Shown here: positions 51,731 to 64,000 of the stretch, in pieces | Layout: each line of letters starts with the position of its first letter | How positions within the stretch are numbered: the first letter of the stretch is position 1 | DNA from: Botryllus schlosseri | Taxonomy: Eukaryota | Direction of reading: 5' to 3' | Assembly: GCA_051294905.1 (NCBI GenBank) | Contig: CM119371.1 | Location: 36,396,001 to 36,460,000 of the forward strand | DNA: 64,000 bases | Made by a program: the position numbers and the translations under genes | The notes under the pieces: generated by a model | Told to the model about the DNA's origin: nothing | Database searches by the model: none | Seen by the model: the letters and a program-made list of their open reading frames with translations, nothing else

Positions 51731-52892
51731 CCGAAAAACGGTAAACAAAAAATCCTTATTTTATACTCGACAGAAATTTTATTTTATACTGAATTGTACT
51801 TTTGAGACCCAAAAGTACAATTTAAAGTGGCCTGGGTATGGGGGAATGGTAAGTTCGAAGATGTATCTCAGGCGAGATAAAATATATAATTCCAGTGATA
51901 TGCCGCATTGCAATTGATTTGACTTGCTGTGTGACAATATGGCGGGTAGATCGTTAGATCTGCAGAGAAATGTCTCCACCATCATGTCCAGGGGTATCAT
52001 TTTAGTACTCGGCGAACATATCATCATCTCTTGAATAATCGAATCATTATAAGTATATATAGATTCGTATTCGAGTACTCGGATCCTTCTGTCCAGCGCT
52101 GTACTGAACACCTTTGGTAATAAGTAGACTTGGATCTACGAAAGAGCTATAATTCATTCAATGTAAAATTTAAAGTGAGAGAGAGGAGAGTATTTATTGA
52201 ATTCATTAACCTAATGTAGGCTATCCTACTTCAGTTAGCTTTTGAAGTCAATCATATATCTGTGGACGATCAGAGTTGTCAACAAGTAATTTGAACTCTG
52301 GCTTCGCTCCATTTCGGATGTAGAAACCCAATTAGTATAAAGACTTCACGTGAACATCAGCTAGATTGGAACGCGGCCTCGTCTTGTTAATGTTCAATTG
52401 CTAATAAACCAATGATGATGATCAGGAATATATATCCCTGTATTCAATGAACATTGTTCATGATCCAAAATGTTTGCTCCCTAATGTATAGACCCGAACA
52501 CAGCAAAGAGTTAAATGACCATCTTTCCGATTCATTCTTCCGGATTCATTCTGTGACGCATAAAATTGGTCGATGGTGTCAGATTAAAATTCCATTATCA
52601 GGGTAGAAATTTTTTGCGGATTACTCAAAATCTCGTCGCGGCCGGTATGTTGTCCGCCCCTGCGCTAGACCCACCTTTACTCCGTAATTTTGAAACACTG
52701 CTGTGGCCTTGCGGTTAGTGATGAGGGACCCAGATGAACCTCGTGCACATAGAATGTAGATACAACCGGGGCTCGAACCCATTCTCATCGGCGCCGTCTG
52801 TATCATGCAACTGCGCCACTCGTTTTAATTCACCATCGCATCAAGGAGCAGCGGGTCGAGTCCGAGTGGTAATAGGCTACTCTAGTTCTAAT

Positions 52893-53865
52893 CGGGATAG
52901 TAACTGCCGCACCCCAGCCCCCCAATTAGGGGAGGGGCGAGCTCAAAGGGGGCCCTAAACTATTTCGTTAATTGACATAAATTATAGATTATTTTTTGAA
53001 AATTTATGCAACTTTTTCAAAAAATTTTCGCACTAGGCGCGATTTCAATTTGCCAAGCATCTTGATTTCGGGGTACTCTTCCACCAAGAAAAATACGCAA
53101 TATTTATAGAAATGGGTATATCGGCGTTGGCCATTACCGCGACGCGCCAAGACATATTAAGTTTCAGGCCATGTAACATGCGACTCGAGAAGTGTGCCAG
53201 AACGATCAGCAGCGAGAAAACCTTGGCCGAAGAGGGCTGCCCTGATGCTGACCGAAAACCTCGTTATATATATACAAAATATATGTAGGTTTAATTGTCC
53301 ATAGGCGCCTAAATGACTGGCGCCGAATGTTTCTGTCTTGGCAATCTGAACCTCACAAGACAAATACCATCTCGCTGGGGAAAATTATATGGCAGTGAAA
53401 AAATATCAATTTGAAATCGTGAGCGTCTTTAGTTTAATAAGCTACATTTAGGCTATTCTATATTATTTGATATAGCAGACAGAAGGTAACGAAATAACAT
53501 CATGTAACGGAGTCATGCCAATGGGTCCGCCCGCCCGAAGATGTTTAATTGTTATTGACGGGCCCTACAGTTTCCAAGACACCTCACTCAGCTCTACCGG
53601 TACATTTGATTACGTGAGCAGAGAGGACAATAAATTGATATCAATAGGCTATATATACAATTCCCGATCATATTGCCCGATTCAATCATGATTTATAGAA
53701 TTTTTTCGCGCATGGCGCGCATAGGCCAGAAAACCTGACTCAATAAACAGCCCCCAATGTAGATGACAAGTAGCGGTAAAGAGCAATAGCGGTAGGGGGA
53801 TTATCATCCTATGGGGGCCCCAGACCAACGATTTGGGGGGCTGACGAAGTGCTGTTACGACCCTG
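52893..53865. mobile_element. Non-autonomous hAT element
   Basis: 8-bp TSD GTTCTAAT. Ends CGGGATAGTAAC / GTTACGACCCTG. Same family as 57680-59285. Confidence 0.85.
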
Positions 53866-54753
53866 GTTCTAATCCGATTCATAGTGTCGAGTTCAATTCA
53901 CTCTTGGGTGATATAGGCCTAAGACCTCGTATTCATAATATAATCATCGCTCACTCTCATGTTTAATTGTTTATTCTAACAGATAGGCAGTTTCTGGACT
54001 TATTTTTCAATCACTGTTCGTAACATATAGGAGAATCCAAATAGCCATACATTATGCGACTAGTCAAGAGGGCTGTTAAAACACTTTTTCTTCATATTTC
54101 ACAGGCTAATTGATAAAATTGTTAGGTTGGTGAAAGCAACGCTGTACATCAACTTTGGCTTGATTACAGCTAGTAGAAGCGATTTTCTTGCAGTAGAAAG
54201 CTTTGAATTTATCATTAAAAACATAAATATAATTTTTCGGAATTTTGCTGTCAACCTGATAAAATTGTTAGGCTATCAGTAGAGATGATCCACACCAAAT
54301 TTGGCATATTTCCAACCACTAGAAGGGAATTTATTGCACTAGAAAAATTATCAATTCCATGATTTTAAAATAAATAAAGATTTAGTCACCGTATATAGGC
54401 CTACTATTTCATGCGAATCCAAATTTTTCTGCTGCAGTACGTTCGCTTCTAGTGGTTGGAATTGTGGTGAATTTGGTGTGCATCATCTCATCTCTAATGA
54501 CAGCCTAATAATTTTATGTGGTTGACTAACATTTTGTTAGTAAATTCAAAACCTTCTACTGCAAGAATCTCACTTCTACTGTTTGGAATTATTGAGACAA
54601 AGTTGGTGTGCAGCCTTTTTTTAACCAACCTAGCAATTTGATTCAGTAGCCAGGGAAATCTGAAGTTTTTTTTTAATAGCTCTACTATGGAATCACTTCA
54701 GGAAATAAGTTCTGCATTGCACAGCCCTAACTATAGTCATGCATAATGTAAAG

Positions 54754-55186
54754 TAGGCTTACCATATTCTGGAAATGTAAAAAGAGGACACTTTTTCAGA
54801 AATATCAGATATGCAAAACTGGAGAAGAATTCTCAAAAACCGGTAAATTTTTCCCACTTCGTGATCGGTTGACTAACAAAAAAAAAGGTCATCACTTTCG
54901 CTCACAGCTCAAAATAACGTATTTTTCTCCACATTGCCAACTGGATGACCAAAAAAAGGACTTCTTTTCGCTCAGAGCTAAAATCACCGCTTTTTCCTCC
55001 GGAATACCCGCCGGAGCGTCACTTCTCGGCTAATTTGAGGCATATCGCTCGAAATTTGATCTAAGTCTGACCTAAATTTTCAAAAAAGAGGACAAAATCT
55101 CAAAAAAGAGGACAAAAGGGCGTCCTCCGAGGACACTTTCAAAAAAGAGGACAAATCCTCTTAAAAGACGACGTATGGTAAGCCTA
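54754..55186. mobile_element. hAT (Blackjack-like) MITE
   Basis: TAGGCTTACCATA / TATGGTAAGCCTA. TSD ATGTAAAG/ATATAAAG. AAAAGAGGACA subterminal repeats. Confidence 0.85.
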
Positions 55187-55373
55187 ATATAAAGCGAATT
55201 GAGTCATCAGAACTACTTTTGACTTCTGCCTGAGGACCTACAGTGCAGTGTTGGGATCAAGTCACTACCTTCGAGTCACTGCATATTTTGACTCGAGTCA
55301 AGTCAATCGAGTCACAATTCAAGTCAAGTTGCTTTTTCGAAGTATGAGGCATGATTATTAGGGATGGTGTGAA

Positions 55374-55960
55374 TATAGAATGTAAACGTGGAATGGCAGC
55401 AACCGATTTTGCAGCTTCGTTCCGCTTCACTGAAGCTTTACTCAGACTTATTTTACGGCAGCTACAGTAGGATTTATGGCAATCCAAAAGTTGTCTTCCA
55501 GAGCTCAGAACTTACTGAATCTGGTCTTGATCGAAAGCTACTGTCGCACTGATTCCGAAAATATCAATCAAAATACGATCAGGCTCCGTACTTAGATGAT
55601 AAAGCACCCTCAACATCTAAAATCTGCATTGTTCAGAACAATCGGATGAACGCAAAACAATGACCACAACAATGACCCATTGCGGCTCTTCGATTGTTCG
55701 GACAATGCCGATAATTCAGACTTGAAGGGCGAATTCTAAGCGGCCCAGTGCCTGATCATATTTTTATTTACATTTTCGGAGTCAGTGTGACAGTAGCTTT
55801 CGATCAATACCAGATTCAGGTAATTCTGCGCTCTGGAAGACGACTTTTGGATTACCATAAATCCTACAGTAGCTGCCGTAAAATATGTCTGAGTAAAGCC
55901 TCAGTGAAGCGGAACGAAGCTGCAAAATCGGTCGCTGCCATTCCACGTTTACATTCTATA
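55374..55960. mobile_element. Long-TIR MITE with TATAGAATG termini and 7-bp TSD
   Basis: About 210-bp inverted arms. GTGTGAA is duplicated once the adjacent hAT insertion is removed. Confidence 0.85.
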
Positions 55961-55961
55961 G

Positions 55962-57061
55962 CAGACCTGGGCAAAGTGCGGCCCGCGGGCCAAATGCGGC
56001 CCGCGAGGTGATTCCGTGCGGCCCGCGAAAGGTAGATTGGAATTCAAAACATAAAACTTGCCTTTTGAATGACTAAAATGATAGGCTTTATCAACTGACC
56101 AGGAAATTCATTTGCTTTGAAACCTGTTCATTAATATGCCACGTTTACGCTGCCTACGTAACTGACATGCGTAATCCAGATTCACAATGTACAATCTGGC
56201 AAAGCATGAGTAGTGAGTAGCAATTGAAGTCACAAGAAATCACCCCTTTCATATAGTTCAGTTCAAACCTTCCTTGTTGATATTGTCACATTACTCATTA
56301 TACGGTTCGCGTTTCAATTTGCGACGTGTGATATGTTTGCAAATCCCTAATTCGTGAAACAAGTCAATCAGTGCTCGCGATTACTATATGGCTCATCATA
56401 TCTATCGCCCATTAAGGATTACCGGGCATGCAAAAATAAAAAGAAAGCCGAAAACTGAAATTCAAAGAAGGTTTAGAATTTAGAGCGCTAAATATTCGCA
56501 TATTGGAGTCAAGGGTAAACCCATCCGTTCAGTTTTTGCCGATCATGCCGTCGAGAATAAAAATTTTAATTTAAGTCGGTCTGATGACAAAAGCACGAAA
56601 CACTCGGTCAAGGGAGGGCAAAGTTCAGAAAAACGACAAGCTTCGCTCAACAGGAAGGCTATCTAACCTGCACACTGCTCGGAAGGATCAGGTACCAAGA
56701 ATATGAGCGTTCTACTATTGCATATACATTTCAGTGCAGTGGTTCTCGAACTGGGAGACATGAAAGCATCAGAAGGGTGGCGTGAAGCCAAAGTTTATTG
56801 AAATTTTTCACGCTACGCGCGATATGCTACCTATCATGTTTAACATTGTTTCGAATCATGACAGCTAATATATATTTTTCAATTAACCGTCACTTTCTCA
56901 TTACCTGATTCAACACATTCACTGAGCAGCATTTATTAGCAATGTAATTTAGAAATAAAGCTAAATTACGCTGGAGAATATAGCTAATTTTTTCCACTCG
57001 GCCCGCCAACGTATTTATTTTTCTCATTTGGCCCGCGGAGGAAAATAATTGCCCACCCCTG
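55962..57061. mobile_element. hAT (Charlie-like) element
   Basis: CAGACCTGGGCAA / TTGCCCACCCCTG. TSD TTCTATAG. GCGGCCC subterminal repeats. Confidence 0.88.
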
Positions 57062-57679
57062 TTCTATAGTGTGAACCTCTGAAAGGTTCAGGTTCGTGTG
57101 AACGTGAACCTTTTTGAAAGGTTCTGTGTGAACACGAACGTGCACCTCATGACGTCACGTGACGTCATATTGCTTGTTTCAACCCCATATTTCAATTAGG
57201 TGATTGCCTACATTAATCTACTGTACACGATACCGAGCGACGACTCGGGGTCACATAATAGCTCAGTACTTAAGTACATATTGACGTTTTAAACGTCGCC
57301 AAATGTATCAACTGAGGCAATCAAATGATATAATAATCCCATAAAATCAATGTCTTGCGTCGCTTTGCCAACAATTTCGACCTGATCGGACAATGTATTC
57401 GGCGTCTGAATATTGCCACATGGATATTGTGCAGAGTGTAAAATGGGTTTCTATACTTGCTACCGATATTACCCCATTAACAAGTTATACAGCAGTATTA
57501 GCCAACATCCCAGTCGCACGGATTTGGTTTTTATGATACAGTATACATACGTAGTCAAGATTGACCCCGTACACCTGCTAGATTTTTACATCAGAAGACG
57601 ATATCAATCTCATTGATTGGTTGATTAAGGATCATTCGCTGACAAAATACAGAGAACTATATAACGTATATATTCGAAT

Positions 57680-59285
57680 CAGCACCGTAACTGCCGCACC
57701 CCAAACCCCCCAATTGGGGGGGGGCCGAGCTCGATGGGGGCCCAAAATTATTTCGTGAATTAGCATAAATCATAGAGTATTTTTTGAAAATTTATGCAAT
57801 TTTTCAAAATTTTTTCGCGCTGTGCGCGAATTCACGTAGCCGTTTATCTTTCCTGTTGGGTATTGGGCCATTACCGCGCCACGACCCACCAAGACATACA
57901 ATCAAGTTTTAGGCCATATAACATGCGACTCCAAGAAGTGTGCCAGAACAATTGGCAGCGAGAAAATCTTGGCCGAAAAGGTCTATGCCCTTATGCAGAT
58001 CAAAGACTTCGCTATATATACAAAATACATATAGGTTTAATTGTCCATAGGCGCCTAAATGACTGGCGCCGAATGTTCCTGTCTTTGCAATCTGAACCTC
58101 ACAAGACAAATACCATCCCGCTGGGAAAAATTTTATGCCAGTGCAGAAATACCAATTTTAAATCGTGTGCTTCTCTTAGTTTAGAAACCTACGTTTGGGC
58201 GGTTCTATATTTTTTGATATAGCAAACTTGAAGTCACGAAATAACATCATGTAACGAAGTCATATCAACAGTTCCGCCCGCCCGAAGATGTTTAATCATT
58301 ATTTACGGGCCCTCCCGTTTTCAAGACACTTCACTCAGCTCTACCGGTAGATCTAATTACGTGAGTAGAGAGGACAATAAATCGATAGCATATTATATAT
58401 GCAGTTGCCGATCTGATTTACCGATTTTATCATAAATTATCGAAAATTTTCGCGCTGGTTCTCAATACCGTACGGGTAATTTCGTGACAAACGCGAACAA
58501 CGTGATGGGGGGGGGTCGTTTTATCACCCTACGGGAGTCCAACACCCACGTTTTTGGGGGCCTGACGAGGTGCTGTTTCGTTCCTGCCAACGGGTATACG
58601 CCCGAAGATGTTTAATTATTATTGAGTGGTCCTACCTTTTCAAACACACCTCACTCAGCTCTACCGGCAAATCTGATTACGTGAGTAGAGAGGACAATGT
58701 ATTGATAGCATATTATATATGCAGTCGCCGATCTGATTGACCGATTTTATCATAAATTATCGAAAATTTTCGCGCTTGCTCACAATACAGTACGGGTAAT
58801 TTCGTGACAAACGCGAACAACGTGATGGAGGGGGCCGTTTTTTCACGCTATGGGAGCCCAAGACCCACGTTTTTGGGGGCCTGACGAGGTGCTGTTTTGT
58901 TCCTGCCAACGGATATACGCCCGAAGTTGTTTATTAATTATTATTGAGTGGTCCTACCTTTTTAAATACACCTCACTGAGCTCTACCGGCAAATCTGATT
59001 ACGTGAGCAGAGAGAAGATAAAAATTGATAACAATGTATGCAATTCCCGATCATACTGACCGATGAAATCATGAATTCTAGAAATTTTGCGCGCTTCGCG
59101 CGCGTAGGCTACCAAAGCTGACTCACTAAAGAAACTCCCAATGAAAATGATGAATAGTGGTAAACAGTGTATCGCCGGAGGGGGGTCTGGGGGACGAAGC
59201 CCCCCAGACGTTCGATCTACAACACTATGGGGGGCCCAAGACCAAAGTTTTGGGGGGGGGCTGACGAAGTGCTGTTACGGCCCTG
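57680..59285. mobile_element. Non-autonomous hAT element with internal ~320-bp tandem repeats
   Basis: TSD ATTCGAAT. Repeat units begin GCCCGAAG at ~58280, ~58600 and ~58919. Confidence 0.87.
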
Positions 59286-59881
59286 ATTCGAATTCAATAA
59301 ATCAAGAGGTTTGGTCAAGGGAAGAAGAGAGGACAGAAATATACATTTTGCTATTAAATTACTGTACCATGCTAGTTTACGACAACGTAAACTTGGATCA
59401 CTGCGTTTGAGGTCAATTTATTTGTGAGAGAACAATGGAGGCTCAGTAAAACACGATCATTGAATGATTGTTCGCTCTTGCGGGTTACACCGGAGTTACG
59501 CGAACATATGCAAGACGCGATGATTTTTATCGTCCCTGATTTCTAGAAATTGACTCGAGAATTTTGCTTCGAGTCACGAGTCAATCCACATTTCTGGTAG
59601 GCCGAGTCAAGTCAATAGAGCAAAGTGACCCGAGTCATCCCAACACTGCTACAGTGACTAGCTCCTGACCTAGAGTAGCCTTCTGCCTCAGGACCTACAG
59701 TGACTACCTCCTGACCTAAAGTAGAGATTTATGCTGCTTCTACTAGATTATCAATAGTCACTAACTCTTGACAACCTGCGCAGCCATCTCCCCACGTCAA
59801 CCAACAAGGAAACACCTTTTGCATGTAACCCGCTCATTGTTATCACACAACCGGAAACCGCGCCGGTCAAACAGAACGCGT

Positions 59882-60027
59882 CTATTTCTTGTATCCGCGG
59901 CTCTTCCTGCGTCCCCTGGCGCGTTCGAACTTCCTGCCCTTGGACCGCACGAAAGGCTTGGTGCTGCTGTGCGGCAGACCCGGGGCCAGACCGAAATGAC
60001 GGCACGACTCGCGGGCATTTCTCGGCC
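59882..60027 (-). CDS. RPL18: 60S ribosomal protein L18 (eL18), last coding exon
   Basis: [55 protein letters not shown] acceptor, phase 1. Confidence 0.96.
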
Positions 60028-60149
60028 CTGCAAAGATCGAACCTCCATTACTCAGTCGCAGGTATAGGAAGAAAATAAGGCATGATAGTACCAGAGGTCT
60101 CGCACGTAGTTTTAAAGTCGACTTGATGGCGGGGACGCCTACTTTTAGC

Positions 60150-60466
60150 CAGGGTCGCAATGACTCGAGTCATTGCGCATGACTCGAATAAACTCGTACG
60201 AATCGAGACTGAGACCGCCAAGACCGACATTTCATTCAAACAGTAAGTAACCCCACTATGAGGACTTCGTCTATAGGTGCTGGTACTTGAAAATGTGACC
60301 GGAAACTGCTAAAAGTGAGGAAAATTCGTATATTATAAATGCTTACCGTTCGATATCCCAAAACAGAGTTATAAAAAGTAAGTTTAACCACGGTACACTG
60401 AAAACTGCACTCAACACAACGAGATTGACCTGTGACTCGGAGCTTTGCCACCTGGCCACATCCATG
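60150..60466. mobile_element. hAT MITE in RPL18 intron
   Basis: TSD CTTTTAGC. Homologous to 32405-32978. Confidence 0.8.
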
Positions 60467-61348
60467 CTTTTAGCAGTTGTCAAAGATGGCTACTTTCCAG
60501 ATCGCACAAAACACTTACGGTGATATGAATTGGTTCAATCACTGCAAATAAGCTCTATCAGTTAATTCAACATGAGAATGGGCTATTTCCCGGGGCTGCG
60601 AAGACGATTCACTCGGAAAAGTATTGCAAACACTTCAAAAAGTTATTTTCCACTCAAAAAATTCAAGAGCAAATAGTCATGCCTAGAATACTGGCGATGG
60701 AAGCAAGTTCAAAAACAACCACTCAAGCTCATGTGCTTCATAGGATGTTAGTGCGTGGTGCCATTACCTCTCGACAGCAAACGATGTCATTCTGGGCAAG
60801 CATTCCATAACTAAATGCGAACTCCTTTCAATTACACTATATATTCTCGTGTACAAGTCATTGTGTTTACTGTCCTCAGTCCTAACAGTTTCTGGTCCTA
60901 TTTACCGAGTATCAGGACTGACGGACGAAATACCAACAACGTGGGGACTTTACTATTCTTCGAAGTTGCAACGAAGTGTCTTTATCGGCAGCCACAGCAC
61001 AGATAACTAACCAACCAACGGTCATGGTCTTGAGTCATTTTACGCAAACGAATTCAGACTGGAGTCAAGAGTCACCAAACATCGTGACTCGAGTAATTAC
61101 AAGTACAACCCCATCGAAAAGTTCCGATCATGCTCTGGGTCAGGACTCGGGAGCCTGGTCATTACGTTTTCAGGCGTTGGGGCAGCACTCTAAAATTTCA
61201 GAGTCAGAGCGGCATAAAATCTTGAGCCACGGCCCCACTAGCCTTCGATCGCAGAGGAGAGAAAGACTCGGAAACTTCTGGTAAGCCAAAACACATATCC
61301 AGGGCTGAAATGTGAGGAAACGATCAAAGTAGCGCCAAGCGGACTCAC

Positions 61349-61472
61349 CCTGCATGAGAACGGTGTTCTGTCCTCTGGGCGCCTGCATCGCCAACTGATC
61401 GAGAGTGATAATCTCTCCGCCGGCTTTCAGAATACGCGCGCGAGCCTCGGTGGTGATGCGCAGCGCGCAGAC
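61349..61472 (-). CDS. RPL18: 60S ribosomal protein L18, internal exon (124 nt)
   Basis: [41 protein letters not shown](G). TTTCAG acceptor, GTGAGT donor. Confidence 0.96.
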
Positions 61473-62497
61473 CTGAAATTCGACCGACAGTCAATTGCGA
61501 GTTCATGTTTTCTGGTAAATTCGTAACAGAATCGGGGAATGCCTTTGTTACCTAACTTATTTTTGTCACGATTTCAGTTAAGCGACATTCCGCTAACGCA
61601 CATAGCTTCGCGTTGCATGCGCTGGATGCTGTGATATGACCAGCAATGGTTTTGAAGCTTCCACGATTTCATAAGTCGAATTACTGTACCCAGAACCAAT
61701 AATGGCAGCATCACACATCATTTTCTTAGTAATTACCAATTCTATCACAAACCATTACCGAAAAAACCACTGCTTCCAATCCGAAACAGTCCTAGACACA
61801 AGCCGGACTTTTTATGACTAGGGCAAGTTTTTGTTGCAGTTAAACCCGTGGAAAGTTGCATTTATTCATTTGTTTTCGAAAAAAGTTGCATTTTGACCAC
61901 ATTTTGCTCGGTTGACTAAAAAATGTCAATTTTCCTGCTCAGATCCCGAAATACCCGTAATAGCGTTACTTCGGTGCTGATTTACGGTGTTTCAGTTAAA
62001 TTTGGCCGTGTATTTCACCATAATCGAAAATACTTTCCATGAAAAATCGAATAAGATGCATGAAAAATATGGACAAAAGTTGCACTATAAGATTCCTTAA
62101 AACAGCATTCTACATTATCTTACGAGTATTTAAGAAGCTGCCGGAAGCTGTAAAAAAAGTTGCAAAAACTTGCCCTCAACTTGTTGATGAAAGAATTGAA
62201 AAATATGAAATTCAGTCTAAATATGGAGAAACACGCGTGCATCAGAGGTCAATCGAACAAAGCGCGAAAAAAATTGCCAGGTTAACCGCTACTTCAGCCC
62301 CCCCCCCAGGTTGAGAGCCAATGGTCTGCAAGAAATGAAGTCACCATTACGAGTACCGAGACAGCCATACAAATAGAGGTTGGAAGGCATTGTTTGCCTT
62401 AAATTTAATACGGTCAAAACTAGAATGGAAATTTGAACAGACACACACAAAGAAAACATAACACTTCTTGCTGCCTGTTCGCGATCACGGAATTTAC

Positions 62498-62596
62498 CTT
62501 CATTTTCGGGATTTCGTAGATCCTCTTGTCATCCGTAACTGTTCCGATGATGACGGCAGTTTTGGTATCGTTTCCGGGTTTCTTCATGTTACGCAC
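62498..62596 (-). CDS. RPL18: 60S ribosomal protein L18, internal exon (99 nt)
   Basis: [39 protein letters not shown] acceptor, GTAAAT donor. Confidence 0.96.
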
Positions 62597-63728
62597 CTGT
62601 AAAAGAGAACTCGTCTCAGGCGAAGTCTCGAGGTCACGAGATGGAGCCTAGCCTCACGTAGCCTGGTACGACCAACACCGCATATTGGATTGGAAATAGA
62701 GCTGGTCTTTTGAATATTAGATTGAATAGTATATTCATATTGAAATAAACCCGAATATTTTCGGCTGACACTCGTCAGCGCAACTAGTAGAGAATTGGAA
62801 GGAATTTATGTGCCTTGTAGTCGACTTTTATCAAAATACACCAACCCTAACTCTGTCAACAAAAGGAGTTCGTGCACACCTGAAAATAGCACATTGAACG
62901 CTGTCTCGTTCGAAACTTCATGCTGGTGACGTCATATTTTGTGATACGATTGTTGATAAACAATGCTATTTCCAATTCTCTGCTAGTTGCTGACGCTTAC
63001 CCCTGACGAGCGTCAGCCGAAAATATTCGGGTTCATTTCAATATGAATTTGAATATACTATTCAATCACGTATATTGAACTTCTGTCCCTCCAATTAGAT
63101 TAGATTAGAATGAAAATTAAAGATGCCGCAAAATAGTTCAATTCATATCAAATTATACTTCCTTCTCTAAAGCATGAGAATTCCATGTCCGCACATTTTG
63201 CACTGGCAATATACAGTTTTGCTGTGGCATTTTAGAGAAAACCACGAAACTGGATAGGAATTAGTACATAGAGACAATGTAACATATATATTAGAATTGG
63301 ATTACCAGCGTTTCGTTCTAGTTTGTCTATTATTGCTGTACTCAAAGACTTGGACTATTAGACGAGTTGTCTAATTTCACTAGACTAGAGCAAATTTTAT
63401 ATGTACTATGAACTTTAATTTAGTGGTTTTTTTTTCTTATTCGAAATTTCAACTAATATTCAAGTTTTTCTAAATTTAGTAATTTCAATTCCGATCTAAT
63501 TTCCAAACAAACTAGCTTCAATTTCAACTTAATATGGATAAATTGTGCAGCGCAAATTTTCCAATTTCAATCCAATTTAGAAAAAAAAACTTTAGATCCA
63601 GTCATAATCCAATTTGGAAAAGCTGAAATTGTTCTAGTTGGACAAGGCGCGCTGAACTGTATGAGGTCAATGAGGACAGTATTCATTTCATTGTAAGTCA
63701 CATGATGACAAAGTAAAGCATTGCTTAC

Positions 63729-63836
63729 CACTCGAGCAATGGAAATGGGAGGTCGGTTGGTTCGGCTCATGAAAAGACGCCTCAAGACGACGCGGTTGAA
63801 CCCAGAGCTGGTTCGTCGAACAAGGAAGCGGTAAAG
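63729..63836 (-). CDS. RPL18: 60S ribosomal protein L18, internal exon (108 nt); upstream exons lie outside the window
   Basis: [42 protein letters not shown] acceptor, GTAAGC donor. Confidence 0.96.
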
Positions 63837-64000
63837 CTGTAAAATCAACAGATTGTGAAAATATTCCATACACATTAAAGATACCACTGTGAAAAATATA
63901 GAGATTAGAACATGATAGGTCTATGATAACTGGTGATTTTAGATACTCAACATATTGCGCAAAGCTCACTAACGGGCATACACTTGAACATAATTGGTAT

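Larger units (their letters stand above)
55246..59648. mobile_element. hAT MITE expanded to 4.4 kb by multiple nested insertions
   Basis: CAGTGTTGGGAT / ATCCCAACACTG with perfect TSD CTACAGTG. Contains elements at 55359+, 55374-55960, 55962-57061 and 57680-59285. Confidence 0.9.

Noticed and set aside
55257..56011. Two ORFs with near-identical peptides on opposite strands
   Set aside because: A by-product of the inverted arms of a MITE.
59882..60160. Stand-alone RPL18 retro-pseudogene
   Set aside because: Three further upstream exons splice in frame with canonical sites, so this is the intron-containing gene; the ORF's N-terminus is intron sequence.
60028..63728. Intronic snoRNAs in RPL18
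   Set aside because: No convincing C/D box pair was seen on the sense strand; H/ACA RNAs cannot be judged by eye.

Overview
Repeat-rich metazoan (probably invertebrate) nuclear DNA with GT-AG introns; no prokaryotic features, rRNA or CRISPR arrays were found. Two intact-looking host genes lie on the minus strand: a complete 3-exon PLAC8/cornifelin-family gene (28381-33208, 153 aa) and the last four coding exons of ribosomal protein L18 (59882-63836, 5' end outside the window). A heavily decayed, intron-containing DCAF1/VprBP pseudogene appears to run collinearly across about 33.9-48.9 kb, with one segment possibly inverted; most of it is missed by the ORF track. The rest is mostly mobile DNA: a full-length but disrupted two-gene ISL2EU-type transposon (THAP-DDE transposase plus SWIM-YqaJ nuclease), a Chapaev3-like element, hAT transposase remnants, many nested hAT MITEs with 8-bp TSDs, foldback elements, RTE and I-group LINE fragments, a tRNA-derived SINE, a probable piggyBac fossil and a ~4.3-kb local duplication. 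At the left edge a hAT element has cut an intronless ubiquitin-conjugating E2 ORF that sits beside an orphan ORF and duplicated promoter-like blocks (possibly virus-derived). All family assignments come from motif recognition by eye, not database searches.
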